Source of the DNA: Octopus vulgaris
Lineage: Eukaryota
Direction of reading: 5' to 3'
Length of the DNA: 64,000 nt
Assembly: GCA_951406725.2 (NCBI GenBank)
Contig: OX597815.1
Location: 114,266,001 to 114,330,000 of the forward strand
Position numbers and translations under genes: made by a program
Part shown: positions 25,987 through 39,440 of the stretch, in pieces
Position numbering within the stretch: position 1 is the first letter of the stretch
How the letters are laid out: every line of letters starts with the position of its first letter
Notes under the pieces: generated by a model
What the model saw: the letters and a program-made list of their open reading frames with translations, nothing else
The model's database searches: none
What the model was told of the DNA's origin: nothing

Positions 25987-27884
25987 AAGGAGAGAAGCGG
26001 GGAATAAAGCCGAAAAGAGCATAAATAATATATCAAATGTTGCAAAAAATAGAAACTTTTAATATAGAGATAAGATAAAAAAAAATGTCGAACAATTTTA
26101 TAAATAAAAAGATAATAATTTTCTTATTTTTTATTATTATCACCAGAGCTCCTTCATACATACAATGAAAGTTTTAGTTACGAGGGTTACAAACGTCAAG
26201 TAAGGATATTTGGCAGAGTTCCAAACACCAGCTCACTGCTTAGGAATCAAACCGGAATCACGAGAGACAGGCTGCTACCAAAAGTTGGTGATATCAGCAA
26301 AAAACTGACCACTAAAATCATTAGATCCAACAGATTTTTAACTCGTTAAATCCCAATGTTGTAAAACAAGCACATTTTGGACAAACAACATATAAGATTG
26401 GCATTAACAACTTTGTTTTTGACGTCTTTTTACTTTGACAGACAACTGCTATATATAGTTTGTCTTTCTGCTAACTCACCAGTGACTGTAAAACAGCTAA
26501 GACTATCCGCTACAAGAATTTATGGCACCCGACATCGGCTACGGACCACGACGACATTGGTTATGACAGAATAAGCCAGCTAGCTGCTAGAATCGACACA
26601 ACGTTGATTACTATCATTATTTACACACATTTCATACAACATACATTTCATTCAAGCTACTGAGGTGATTCACTTGATGTATATTACCGTTTCTGTTGTT
26701 TATCATGATGGCAACATTTTGTTAACGATAAATGTTTTATATTAGAAACTTCACAGATTTCTTGTTCATCTATTTCCTAACTTGACCAAAATAATCATAT
26801 TATTACTAACGCAAATAAAGTTATGTAAACAACAAGGAATCTGAGTCACATTCGAAACACTTTCTTTTGGTGATGTATGTTTGCAAATGTTATTTCCTGT
26901 GATGTTATGATTCATACTGATAATTCTTTTTCCCTTTCCACGATTTTTTTCCCTTTTCACCATTGTTTTGTCTTATTTTTCTGTTTGGAAGGTGTTTTCA
27001 TGAGTGAGAAAGCTTCTCCGTCCCTGCCACGCCTCTCTCTTTCTGCATGTGCGTGTCTGAGCGCGTGCGGCCCCAGTGTATTGATAAACTTTCAAGTTTA
27101 AAAAACTTCCTGTATGAAATGTACGAGTTTTATTTATTCAAGATAGTGCTCAAATTTTATCATTTTTTTAAACAATTTTTTTTCCAAATTTTTATTAACT
27201 CTTTATATTTTGTTTGAAGTTATATAACATCCTTGGTTTTATTAGTGGTGTTTATTATTGTTTTAATATAAGCAGAAAATATAAAAATACTATAACTCTG
27301 TAATGATAGGTTAGTATTTGTTGAGATTAATGATATCCTTAGCGCTAGATTTAAACATTTTTACAAATAATACCAGGTTTCTTTCGGAAATCAGAAATTG
27401 GTCTCTGTTTCAGACTAGCAAGTGATATCGATACAATGTATTTTCCAATTTCTGTAACTTCCATAACTGATCTAGTTTTGTGTGTGTATGTTTTCCAATC
27501 TAGTTTTTTTTTTATGGTTTGAAGTGAAATCAAGACAATATGGTACTTGTTGTTGAAAACCTAGTTGAATAGAAAGCAAGGCACTTATATGTCTAATGTA
27601 ACGCAGTCACGAACTTCACAAATTTTGATTGTATATTGATCATCTGAAGTTTGTTCAGAAGCTTGCATGCTTGTTGTTCGTTGTTGATTGAGAGATTTAA
27701 ACATTTTTGCGGTTAAGGCCAGAATGAACGAAATAAACCGAGGTGAAAATTATTGTTTCAAGTAAAATATTGAGAAGTAGTTTATTTTTAAAATTTCAAG
27801 GAAAATCGTGCAAGTTAGTAACATGCCAAACGCTTCATTCTGTGTCGGCAACCCTGCGTTGTTTGTTTGTTTGTGTGTTCTTTT

Positions 27885-28130
27885 ATTCTGTTACTTGTTT
27901 CACTCACTAGACTGCAGCCATGCAGCAGCACCGCATCGAAAAGTTTAATCGAACAAATCAATCTCAAGTTATTCTTCTTAAATTTAGTACTTAGCGTATC
28001 ATTCTCTTTTGCCGAACTGCTAAATTACGAGGACGTAAACAATACCGGTTGTCAAGCAATTTGAGATCAAACACACACGATACACACACGCACACACATA
28101 CGACGAGCTTCCACACGATTTCTCCCTACC
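27885..28130 (-). mobile_element. SINE-type composite repeat, cut off by the adjacent palindrome
   Basis: ctgcagccatgc..gcaccgc...tttgccgaactgctaaattacg...atacgacgagctt. Paralogous to 45485-45890 and 52547-52820. Confidence 0.7.
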
Positions 28131-28669
28131 AAAGAGTTCTAAATAAGGGGAGGTAATGAGTGATTTCTTCCGGTGTAAGGGAGATAATCGTTTAAAATTT
28201 TTTCCTTTCCTTGGTGGGAATTTCTCTGTATCAGTATGTTGGGATGGTTAAGTCTGGGCTTGTACTTTTCAATGAAGAATGTTTCCTTGTTTAGTCTAAT
28301 TTATGTTGATGATCCGATAGCACATTGGTAAAATGGAAAGATTAAAAATTGTGGTAGTAGTTGCTTTGCGCATTTCTCAATGTGCTCACTAAAAGAATGA
28401 TACCTTTTAGTGAGCACATTGAGAAATGCGCAAAGCAACTACTACCACAATTTTTAATCTTTCCATTTTATCAATGTGCTATCGGATCATCAACACAAAT
28501 TAGACTAAACAAGGAAATATTCTTCATTGAAAAGTACAAGCCCAGACTTAACCATCCCAACATACTGATACAGAGAAATTCACACCAAGGGAAAGGAAAA
28601 ATTTTTAAACGATTATCTCCCTTACACCGGAAGAAATCACTCATTACCTCCCCTTATTTAGAACTCTTT
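28131..28669. mobile_element. Near-perfect ~265-bp-arm palindrome made from a PLE 3' end (GIY-YIG C-terminus)
   Basis: 28131-28395 is the reverse complement of 28404-28669 with few mismatches and an 8-nt loop. The right arm encodes FSEHIEKC...IRLNKEIFFIEKYKPRLN, the GIY-YIG R..KE..FI....P.LN signature. Confidence 0.88.
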
Positions 28670-28717
28670 TGAACATAAACATAACGATAACTCTATTCAA
28701 CATAAACATAACGTCGT

Positions 28718-28756
28718 AAGAAATTTGAAAAGCTAAATGCGAAACCGGTCTTTCTT
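28718..28756 (+). ncRNA. Hammerhead motif with mutated core downstream of the GIY-YIG palindrome
   Basis: aagaaa-tttgaaaa-gc(taaat)gc-GAAA-CCGG-TC-tttctt. Perfect 6-bp stem I, palindromic stem III, CTGANGA box decayed. Confidence 0.55.
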
Positions 28757-28893
28757 CTAAATTATGTCATTATAAGAGAAAAAAATTTTTCTAATATTCT
28801 TCAAAAATATTTCTAATATTCTTCAGACATATTGACGCAAATATATATTTTTTAACATTTAAGCCTTCTGTAGTTTTTTCACTTTTTACTATT

Positions 28894-29500
<607 letters not shown>

Positions 29501-29504
29501 TTTT

Positions 29505-30303
29505 TTTAATTTTATTTTATCTAGTTTCAACTCACGAGCTGTGGCCATGCTTGGGCACCGCCATTTGGTGTTGCTACATGATTTTACTTCACGAATGCTT
29601 TTTAGCAATTGCCATTTGGTGCATGAGAGTGTTCGATGCAGCTGCCCTCATCTGCACCTCCTGCCGTGAAGTTGGTTCATCTGGGACACCTGACAAGAAG
29701 AGATCCAGTTTTATTTTAAAGACATCTGCATCCACCCCATGCAGGTCTCTTAGGTTCTTTGGGAGGATATTGAAGAGCTGTGGGCCTCGGAAGCCCAGGC
29801 TATCACAGTATCTTGTCCTACATCTTGATGGCAAATTTGGAGTCCTTGGCACTATGCAGTGGCGCCCAGTTCTGGCGTTTGTGTAACTCTCGATGCCAAA
29901 GTTTGGGACAAGTCCTTCTAGGATCTTCCAGATGTATATTATGGCATATCTTTCTCGCCTACGCTCTAAGGAATAGAGTCTCAATCTCTTGAGTCTTTCC
30001 CAATAGCTTATATGCTGCACAGAGGCTATCTTCTTTGTGTAGCTTCGTTGGATCGCCTCAAGTTCTGTGATTAACTTGACACTGGATGGTGACCATAGCT
30101 GAGAGCAATAGTCAAAGTGGCTTATGACAAGTGTCCTCCAGAGGACCATCATCGTTTCCTGGTCTCTTGTTCTAAAGGTTCTAAGAATCCATCCGGTCAG
30201 CCGCCTACATTTCATTGCCAATTTAGCAACATGCACATGAAAGGTTGCATCATCACTCATTTAAATACCCAGGTCTCGCACTGATTGTGCCTCTGGGATT
30301 GCA
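29505..30303 (-). mobile_element. 5'-truncated CR1/L2-group LINE; uninterrupted ORF2 C-terminal region
   Basis: ORF 29589..30260 has HFDYCSQLWSP, LEAIQR, SYWERLKRLRLYSLERRRER and QLFNILP, preceded by VRDLG. Short 3'UTR ending in (TAAAA)n. Confidence 0.9.
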
Positions 30304-30365
30304 ATATAAATATATTTTAATCTGAAGCCAAGGAAAATGAATAATTCCTGTCCGTCCATCAAATT

Positions 30366-30508
30366 CAGCATGGGCGAACTGCGGCTCGCGGGACTTTCTG
30401 AATAGCACGCCAACGAAAAATTACCTTGAATTTTTAGTAGTGAGGCCCGCCCTCATGATGAGCTATGCCTCATGCGACCCGCTTCTCGTGAAAAGTTGCC
30501 CATGCCGG
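30366..30508. mobile_element. Short hAT-like MITE
   Basis: TIRs gcatgggcgaact / agttgcccatgc with subterminal gcggctcgcggg and gcgacccgc motifs. TSD not resolved. Confidence 0.6.
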
Positions 30509-30844
30509 ATATAATAATAAAAATTAAATGCATCTCATTAGTATAGGCTGTGGGACCTGTATAATTACAGGGCATTTCGTTAACTGTCATAAGCCAAGAG
30601 AAAGCAATAGGAAAACTAAATGAGTACATTACTCCACCAACACAACCACAGCGTCTTGAAATCTGTTAGATCAAGAGCTCAACCCATCCGCCATAATATT
30701 TATACAAAGCTGTCCTGTTAAAGGTAGATCTATATTACAGCCGTCATTTGCAAATGAGTATGAAATTGTCGCACGTTGCAATACGTTCGCTAATTGTTTT
30801 ATGTGTCTATGCAGTCACAAGCATAGTTCACTTCTCGACCCTTG

Positions 30845-31043
30845 TACTCTCGACTTGCTGGAATGTGATGGCTACAGAGGACAGATAATTGTACTAACAT
30901 TAAGGTAGTACTCGTTTTTCAATCGAGTAGCAGCAATGTGAAATGAAGTGCTCTGCTCAAGGATACAACATGCTGCCTGTTCCGAGAATGGAAACCAAAA
31001 TATGACGATCATGAGCCCAATTTCGTAACCGCTAGGCCACGCC
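30845..31043 (-). mobile_element. tRNA-headed SINE (third family)
   Basis: Minus strand: cgtggcctagcggtta (A-box)...ggtttccattc (B-box-like)...gtatccttgagcagagcacttcatttcac. Paralogue at ~39850-39985. Confidence 0.7.
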
Positions 31044-31206
31044 CAATCATAGTTTATTTTGACAAAGGTAGAAAATAAATCATGTATCTCCAGCTAATAG
31101 AAATCTCGATAATCCCTTTTGTCATGTTTTTTCAAACATAAAAACATGCCAAGAAAAAGAACATATAAAAACAATCATATGAAAAAAAAAAAATAGTCCT
31201 CAATAC

Positions 31207-31358
31207 CTTTTGAAAATCTCGTAATCCTTTCTTCTGAAGAATCTCCAGAGTGTCAGGTGAAACGGGTCCCGGTTTGAAATAGAGGAAAAGCGTCCAGTTA
31301 TCAAACACATGGTGATGATAGTAATACAGCTGGGGTGATAACTCTGAAGAAAGGCTTA
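31207..31358 (-). CDS. Candidate coding exon
   Basis: Acceptor cttttatacttcgttacag|, donor aag|gtattg. 152 nt, phase 1 to 0, open: SLSSELSPQLYYYHHHVFDNWTLFLYFKPGPVSPDTLEILQKKGLRDFQK. Confidence 0.55.
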
Positions 31359-32025
31359 CTGTAACGAAGTATAAAAGATATATGACTTAAATCTTCAGTT
31401 GGGTTAATGCAATGCAATCCTAAATTATCAAAAATAATTAACACGATTCTAATAACAAATACAAAAACTCTATAAGCGAGAAGAGACATTATAGTCAATG
31501 AAATGTGTTCAGTGAATTTAAAAAAAAATTCAGACGCTGGGTTCTACATTAAGAAAACTTCAAAAAGCTTCATAGAAAATATTTCCTTTTCTTTTGTAAC
31601 CTATGACGAATAGAATATTAACTTTTTGCCTATCATGTGCATCACATGTGATACACAGGACACACTTTCCTGGCGTCCATGCATCATATATGATACACAT
31701 TCCCAATTATTTTCAGTCAGCAGAGTAACTTGGAACTTATGAAAAGAAAGCATGACGTTGATCAGAATGTATGAAACAATGGCAAACAAGAAGTCTGAAA
31801 ACAAGTATAGACTTTTTGAACAGACTTATAAAAATGATGTGAACAGGCAAAAGGTTAAGTTGAAAGGTCTTTTCATGCATACAAGCACGCACAAATAGTC
31901 TTTGAATTTGTTTTACAGGTTTCTTGGTGTGAAATTGTGTCTTTAATCGATGTTGTATTTAAAGAAGGTTTTTCTACCACTAAAATACATTCAGAAATTC
32001 ACTTATCATTTCATGTCCATCAGAA

Positions 32026-32210
32026 GACGGCGAGCTGGCAGAAAAGTTAGCATGCCGGGTGAAATACTTAGGAGTTCAAATTCCGCGAGTTCAACTTTGT
32101 CTTTCATTCTTTCGGGGTCGATAAATTAAGTACCATTTGCGTATCGGGGTAGATCTGGTCGACTGATACCCTCCCCCACAAAAATTTCGGGCCTTGTGCC
32201 TAGAGTAGAA
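32026..32210 (+). mobile_element. tRNA-headed SINE (same family as 4675-4906)
   Basis: ggcgagctggcagaa...gagttcaaattccg...ctttcggggtcgataaattaagtacc. Confidence 0.85.
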
Positions 32211-33459
32211 GAGAAAAGTTAACACCTCTGAGGAAACACCTGACAATACTTCTTTAAATTATTTTTTCTGTTCTAAATTCAAATCTTGCTGCAGTCAACT
32301 TTGTCTCTTATCCCTTTGTGGTTGATAAAATAAAGTAGCTTATGTGTGTGTAGTTTGTGTGTTTATTTTGGCATTGCGTTGCAATATGATTAAGGCTCCA
32401 TGATTAATCTTCTATTTTTGTGAGGAATTTTATAGAATATCTAAGTATTATCCTCTGGTAATTTTGTTTTGTGGTGTGGCATAACGTTTTACGATAGCTT
32501 CTTGCTGTAAACGAGAGCCTACGAGAGAGAGTTGTACTAATATGTCTGATGTAAAAGCTAGAGTCTTGAAGTTTGCAGCTTTCAGTTTTACAGTCAAACT
32601 GATCCAAACATTTATCGTTAGTAAGTTGTTCTCGGGTTTACTGGTTTGTAGTGTCTTACCGATAAGGAGAGTTTGTTTGGCTTTGGTGCCTTTGTAGTAC
32701 ATGATCAAAAAGTTAACAAGCAGTAATTGGCATGAAAGCCTAATTGTCAAAAGTTTGACCGCTGCTGATGTATGTGCCTAAGACTAAAAAAAACTTTGGC
32801 TGGAAAAGTCTATATGAATTCAAACAGCATAAGACAATAGAGGCGTCAAGTAAATTCATTTCATGAAATGCGACAGCAATGGTTTGGAAAAGTCGAATAC
32901 TATTTTAAGAACTTTATTACGAAATACGAAAACTCTAAAATAGGGAAGATAAAATATGAACATAGTCGTGTATTTAATGAAACATGTATACAAGAAAAAA
33001 ACTGTTATTCCCCATACGTGCATGGACACATGCATACATATATGCATGCATATATACATACATATAGGTTAATACCTGTAATTATTGGAGCCCTGGCATT
33101 TGTAACACTACCTAAATACCAATCTCGAGAAATTAGACTTCTCAAAACCAGAAAGGAGAAAGATGATTCGAAGAGTACAGATCCAATCCATCATTGGAAC
33201 GGTAAAAATCTGTAAAACTTTCCAGAAGTTTATAATTTAAATATATATGAGCATGTCTAGATATGCAACTATATGCATGAGAATACCCACATAAAACAAA
33301 ACATAGAAATCTGCACATATACATACATACATACATACATACATACATACCCTGTTGTTGATGTTGAAATTCCAATGAAGGAGCCTTGGATCTAGGGTAG
33401 AAACCGGTTCTTTTTCTATTGGCAAGAAATCTTGAAATAAGACTTGACAATAACATACA

Positions 33460-33492
<33 letters not shown>

Positions 33493-35272
33493 GCGTGTAT
33501 TTGTTTGTACACACGTGGGTGCTTTCGACATCTTATATGAAACAGTCTTATAAGAACGCAAAACAGAGCCTTAGATGATTGAGTTACGAGTTTACCATTC
33601 TACTGATTTAAGGGATAAAATTTCGAATCTCTGAAAAATGCTTATATCTATATATCCACAATTCGTTTAATTAAACAAGGAAAAAAATCTTGAAAGGGAA
33701 CGAACAGTTTGCGTAGTAAACAGTAGGAGAATTGCAGAGGTTTTTCGTTAACCGGCAGTTCTGTTTTCAAAGTCTATTGCAATCATTGCTGCTATCAGAC
33801 TGCAAAAACCTTATTTATTTTGTGGCTTATTGAACATTAGAGAACTGGCTAGCGACAGACCGACTGTTTTAGAGAGCATCTTTTAGACGTCCGACTTATT
33901 AACAAATTACTTCGACCTGGGATTCATCTCTTCAGTTATTCTATCTATAACCACCTGTACCTCTGTGTAATGCCATTTTACACCTTGGGACAAACCACCT
34001 CTCGTTTGCACAGTGAACAACAGCTTCCTTCAATGCACAAATCTGCAAATCGTAATTAATAGTAATCTTCTTTTCTTGAAGTAACACATGCTCGTTTCTA
34101 ACATTACCCCACACAGTAAAAATAAAAAATTCCTATTTTCATAAAAAAACCCATGCCTATTTTCATAAACGTACGATTAGCACACGTATGAATACATACA
34201 CACACACATACAATTTTGCCCCAGTCTACACAGTTATACATATACACACTCATACAACATGATTCACTCATTCTACCCTCCATTCGAAAGTACACTTTCC
34301 TGCACGCTGATATGCATGCATACAGAAGTTATCGTATTTTCTTTTCTTTTCTTTTCTTTGACAGGACAAAACTAAAATACACGAACACAAACACAAAACC
34401 CACCATATATACTTTCACACACACATACACACATACACACACATACACATACACGTACGCACGCATGCATAAATGGTTTCACATTACCCTCATGGACAAA
34501 AAAATAACAATAGAAATAAAACACTTCGTTCATTCGCCATGTTTTTGTTGTACTTTTTTCACCGTAAACTACTATTCCAGCAGACATGTTTCCCCATTTT
34601 TCTGCTTTTTCATGAAAAAGAACACCGTAATAAACATTGAACCCACCTTTATTTATTCCCCACGGCGCAAAATTAATTACTTTGTGTTCATGTATTGTTT
34701 TTATTTCTAAAACCTTTGAAATATCATCGCTATAAGATAATGAAGATCTACCGCTGGATTTGCCTGATTTTTTCCCGACTAAAGATTCTTAGACAACTGT
34801 ATACACACCCACCTGCATACAAATATATGTACATATAAATATAATATATAGACATAAATATATACACATACAATTATATATGTATATATACACTCGATTA
34901 CATATACATACACACACGACTCGCGTGTACGCATAGACAAATAAACATATTTATACACATATGTATTCATACTTACATCCACATATACGTATAGACATTC
35001 ACATACACTTACCTTTGTCATTTAAATAATTCTGTTTCATTTTCACATGTAGCCCTAGACTCTTCAGGTTCGAACTGTACAAATCGGCTTCTTCTATTGA
35101 GTCTTTATTATCTAACCATAACACAGCTGTATTTGCTGAACGGCGCTCGCCAAATATAGTTTCCTGTAACTGATTAAAATAAATGTATATATATATACCA
35201 TAAGATTCACCACTGTGCTGTTAATGGGAAGAACTTCAAAGAATGTTTAACTGAGTTGAAAAGATCTTGTGA

Positions 35273-35339
<67 letters not shown>

Positions 35340-35344
35340 AATAT

Positions 35345-36480
35345 ATTAGGTTGAAAAGAAAGTCCTCTCGCATTTTTGATAATTAACTTTTTTAATACTT
35401 ACAAAAAGGAGAGTCCGCTCCACAAAAAGGACCGCACTCGAAAAACTTTTACTCTATGTTTGGTAGGATATGAAAGGTGTCATATATCATGAAATAGCAT
35501 TAATTTCTGCGTTCTAATATTCTCATTTCTTTCTTTACGTCATAGTGGTTAAATTCGAATCCATTTTACCTTGTATGAATTCAAAAAAGGGCTTTTCACC
35601 AATGGAACCGGCAAGAAATATTAGTTCTGTCTATGGATATGAGGATTTAAGTTCCGGAAACGCCAACGATGGTTTGGCGACTTGCACTTGGGAAATTCTC
35701 TCGTAGATTCCCTCTCGTATCGGACAACGAAATTCTATCAATATTTAGCATCTGAAAAACTGTAGTTGAGGAGAATCCAAAGCAAACTGTTCGAGAATTA
35801 GCAAAACAGTTTGCACGCACACATTCGATCATAAAACATCTTTATGAAAAGTGTTTAAATTTGATAGGTTGGTCCCTCATTATGGAATAGGTTCTCAGCT
35901 TAATGAAAGAGTTGCCTCTGTTTGTCATTGAAGAGTAGACTTGATTCAGAAGCTTCCCAGGGTAGAATTATCACAAGTGATGCAAAGTCGGTTTTATTTA
36001 ATCATATCCAACGAAAACGACAACGGTTGATAACTAATGAAAAAGGAGAGTCCACTCCACAACAAGGACTGCACTCAAAAAAGTTTTACTCTATGTTTGG
36101 TGTCATATATCATGAAGTATTAGACGAAACCGAAACAGTTAATGCAGAGTAGTATTGTCACCCTTTGGAAGCATTGCACAACAATTTGGAAAAAAAAAGC
36201 TCCCATCATCGAACCATCGTAAAGGGATGTTTCTCTAACGCGATAATGCAAGGCGATATATTGCCCAATTACTCGGGTAAAGATTATGACACTAAATATG
36301 AAAATTTTGCATCATCCTTCTGATTTTCTTGACAATTAACTTCTCAAATAATTGCAACGTTATTTAGAGACAAAACAGTTTAACGAAGAGGTTTTAAACG
36401 AGAGTTCTTTGATCTTTTCATTTTCGTGGCACGCTGGAGTTCATAATAATAAAAAAAAAACACATTCTCATAGGAAGATT
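35345..36480 (+). mobile_element. Heavily decayed mariner transposon
   Basis: Left TIR-like ttaggttgaaaagaaagt. Remnants WSLIM (WVPHEL position), IITSDAKSVLF, GLHSKK, YHEVL..ETVNAE*YC, DNARRY. Confidence 0.75.
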
Positions 36481-38473
36481 TAAAAGAAAAACAAAAACAT
36501 GATTTAAAGTGGAGAATTTAAAAAATAATATTCAAAACCTAACATTTTACCTTGTTTTGTTAATCATACTTTTGAGTAACAAAAATTATATTTGATATCG
36601 TAAATGGAGGTTCAAATATTAATATCATTCAACCCACACCGCCCCATATAAAATATATTCGTGTTCCGTACTTTTACACACTGGTGGCCATCAAATGCAA
36701 TTTGATTTACTTCTCTACCATAATTTAATTATCACTCGGCAGATGGATAGTAGAAATACAGAGAGCGCTGGTACATTAGTGACAGAAAGGTATAGATAGG
36801 TAACTATGTGTCAACCAGAGTATATTGGAGGGAAACAATTTCTCAGCGGAGGCCACTGCAGTTGGTATAGAGTCTAAAAATTGTTAGTCAACATTTCTGG
36901 AGACTGTCCTTTAAAGGAGTTTGTAATATTGAACTCAGTACACTGCCTCATGAAGATCACAGTTAGATGTCACTGCGCACGCAACCGTATGTTGCCATCA
37001 GTTGGTGCGCTACAGAATTTGCTCGGGAACTTTTTGATACCACTTCGTATGCTGCTAGAGTGTGTGCCGCCCGGTATAACTCTTGAGCTTGCCGCTCCCA
37101 CCCCCTAACCAAAAAAAACCCAACATATACAGCAAACCCAAAAGTGCTACCTCCCTAAAAGAGCCACCAGGGGCGGACTTCCCCTTAGCTACGTTAATGT
37201 TTGTTGTTCTCCACTTAGTAACCAGGTGCACAATAAACAAACACTGTTTTGTCCAGCTAGGTCACGAGTGTCCGACAGAGTTTGATATAATGACCGGCCT
37301 CAGCTCATGAACCTTGATTATCACTTTCTTTTTCTCTAACAAAAGCATCAACAAATGAGCCAGTGTGGTTGTTTATCCTGCTAGATATAGTAGCCAGATC
37401 TTTCTCATATTGTCTTTAAAACTATCGCTGAAAAACTGTTAACAAATATATATTTAATTCTCTACTAACTGTTTAAGCAACACCTTGTATCCAGTATTTT
37501 ACACTGTATTTCCGGGGAATAATGTATGGTTTCTAATTTAGGTCCAAGGTAAGCGAATTTTGAAGGTTTGGGATTAGTCGATACTATAGACCCCAAGGGG
37601 ATGAGAGGCAAAGCTGATATCGGCGGGATTTGAACTCAGAACAGGGCAGGCTGAAAGAACTAACGCAAAGCATTTTCTGATTCTAATGATTCTGCTAATT
37701 CACAATATATAACACACTTTTAAGGTGAATTTGATATTAGCATAATTTCATCATTTCTTCTGCATTGCATACTCTTTATTCATTGAAATTTGAATGAAGA
37801 TTATATTGTATATAGGATAGGTTACAATGAGGCTCATACAACCCATACATCGAAATCCGACACATAATTTGCTATTTGATATGAAAACTTGCCAATAACA
37901 AATGACAATATCAACACTTAGCTGAACTCTGACCATCACTGCCTGGGGTTTATGCATCTAAATACATGCTGCATTAGTAACAAGATATATTCATATCTAA
38001 CTGACATCTTGTACATAAGACTTGAGATCAATATATGGACATATTAAATTTATTTTTGTTTTTCTTCTTAGACAAGTAACCCATCGGTTGTATGCCGTGT
38101 GGCATCGAGCGGATATCTGTAAACTCCTTGAAGCTGATGAACGGGAGTTTCTTAAGTTCCGTGTTATCATCTATCAAACTAAAGTTAATTCTTTCTTTTA
38201 TTTTTGTTATGCATTTAAAATCGAACATTCAGTTCGAGTCAAAGCAGATAACAATAGGCGAATCTGAATTTTCAACAATTTGATATTTGATAGAAATGGT
38301 CGGGTCATTTTAAGCACATATAAATATACGCATGCACGCAAATACATACACACACAGACATACAAATACATACACTCACATTCGGACGAACACGGATCGA
38401 TGTAAGAAAACATGTTCATACACACTCTCATATAAACTATATATATATAAAGAGATACGCACACACGTCTCTG

Positions 38474-38515
<42 letters not shown>

Positions 38516-38566
38516 CATTTCTAAATATCTCAGAGAGATATAAGCAGTAGTGGTACGATAGAGTAG

Positions 38567-38888
38567 TTGTATACTGTCAACTTAATGTGACAGTCCTATG
38601 AAGGGAATCACACCACTGCTATTTAGCCATAGGAAGCATCAACGCTTCCTGTCGGCCTTGACACATTTCCTGTGTCCTTATGCTACTCCAGACTGATGAC
38701 GAGCAAAGACTCAGAAACTAGTCTCTGGATGCAGGCTTAGCTGGGTGGCGGTGCTTGTCTCCCTCTTGTAAACATAAGGACACAGGAAATGTGTCAAGAC
38801 CGGCAGGAAGCGTTGATGCTTCCTAGGGCTAAATAGTAGTGGTGTGATTCCCTTCATGGGACTGTCACATTAAGTTGACAGTATACAA
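38567..38888. mobile_element. Fold-back element: ~116-bp inverted arms around a 90-nt spacer containing a hammerhead
   Basis: 38567-38682 is the reverse complement of 38773-38888 with about five differences. Flanked by (TA)n tracts. No ORF. Confidence 0.88.
38687..38729 (+). ncRNA. Minimal type I hammerhead ribozyme
   Basis: tccaga-CTGATGA-cgag(caaaga)ctca-GAAA-CTAG-TC-tctgga. Perfect 6-bp stem I, 3-bp stem II with a C.A closing mismatch, palindromic stem III ACTAGT, GUC triplet. Confidence 0.82.
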
Positions 38889-38917
38889 GTATTATATATA
38901 TATATATATATGTATAT

Positions 38918-39135
<218 letters not shown>

Positions 39136-39395
39136 CAAGGTAAGAGAGAGAGAGAGAGAGATGGACCAATCCTGATACATAAACCGGTGCTACGATAGAA
39201 ATGACATCAAAAACACTAGAATAAATGAAAATGTAGATAGCCTCGTTGCTGATAGGAAAAGAAAACGAAAACATTAACGATAGAATTCTGAAAATTGTAC
39301 TGTTTGACCAACATATCTCTGTACTTATCAACAATATTTGGGTAATAAAGCTTACATATCAACCATAGATGCTAACGATAATCGTAGCAAGTGTT

Positions 39396-39440
<45 letters not shown>

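Noticed and set aside
26355-26600. Possible LTR plus primer-binding site (tggcacccgac)
   Set aside because: No second LTR, TSD or gag/pol sequence was found.
30990-31043. tRNA-like A/B boxes as tRNA genes (also in other SINE heads)
   Set aside because: No complete cloverleaf; each continues into a SINE body.
31234-31272. CTGAAGA-atct..aggt-GAAA-CGGG-TC hammerhead-like core on the plus strand
   Set aside because: No stem I pairing, stem III is not palindromic, and it overlaps a good candidate exon on the opposite strand. Probably chance.
32660-32777. Other possible minus-strand exons (32777-32660, ~31795-31668, ~25872-25742, ~43667-43564, ~43379-43298, ~40180-40040, ~47755-47643)
   Set aside because: Open frames with plausible splice sites, but weak signals or unresolved phases. 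Cannot be supported without transcript data.
37161-37176. gccaccaggggcgg as a CTCF site
   Set aside because: One base short of the consensus spacing, and a single motif is not evidence.
38134-38170. CTGATGA followed by the hairpin acggga/ttccgt
   Set aside because: No GAAA or cleavage triplet follows.
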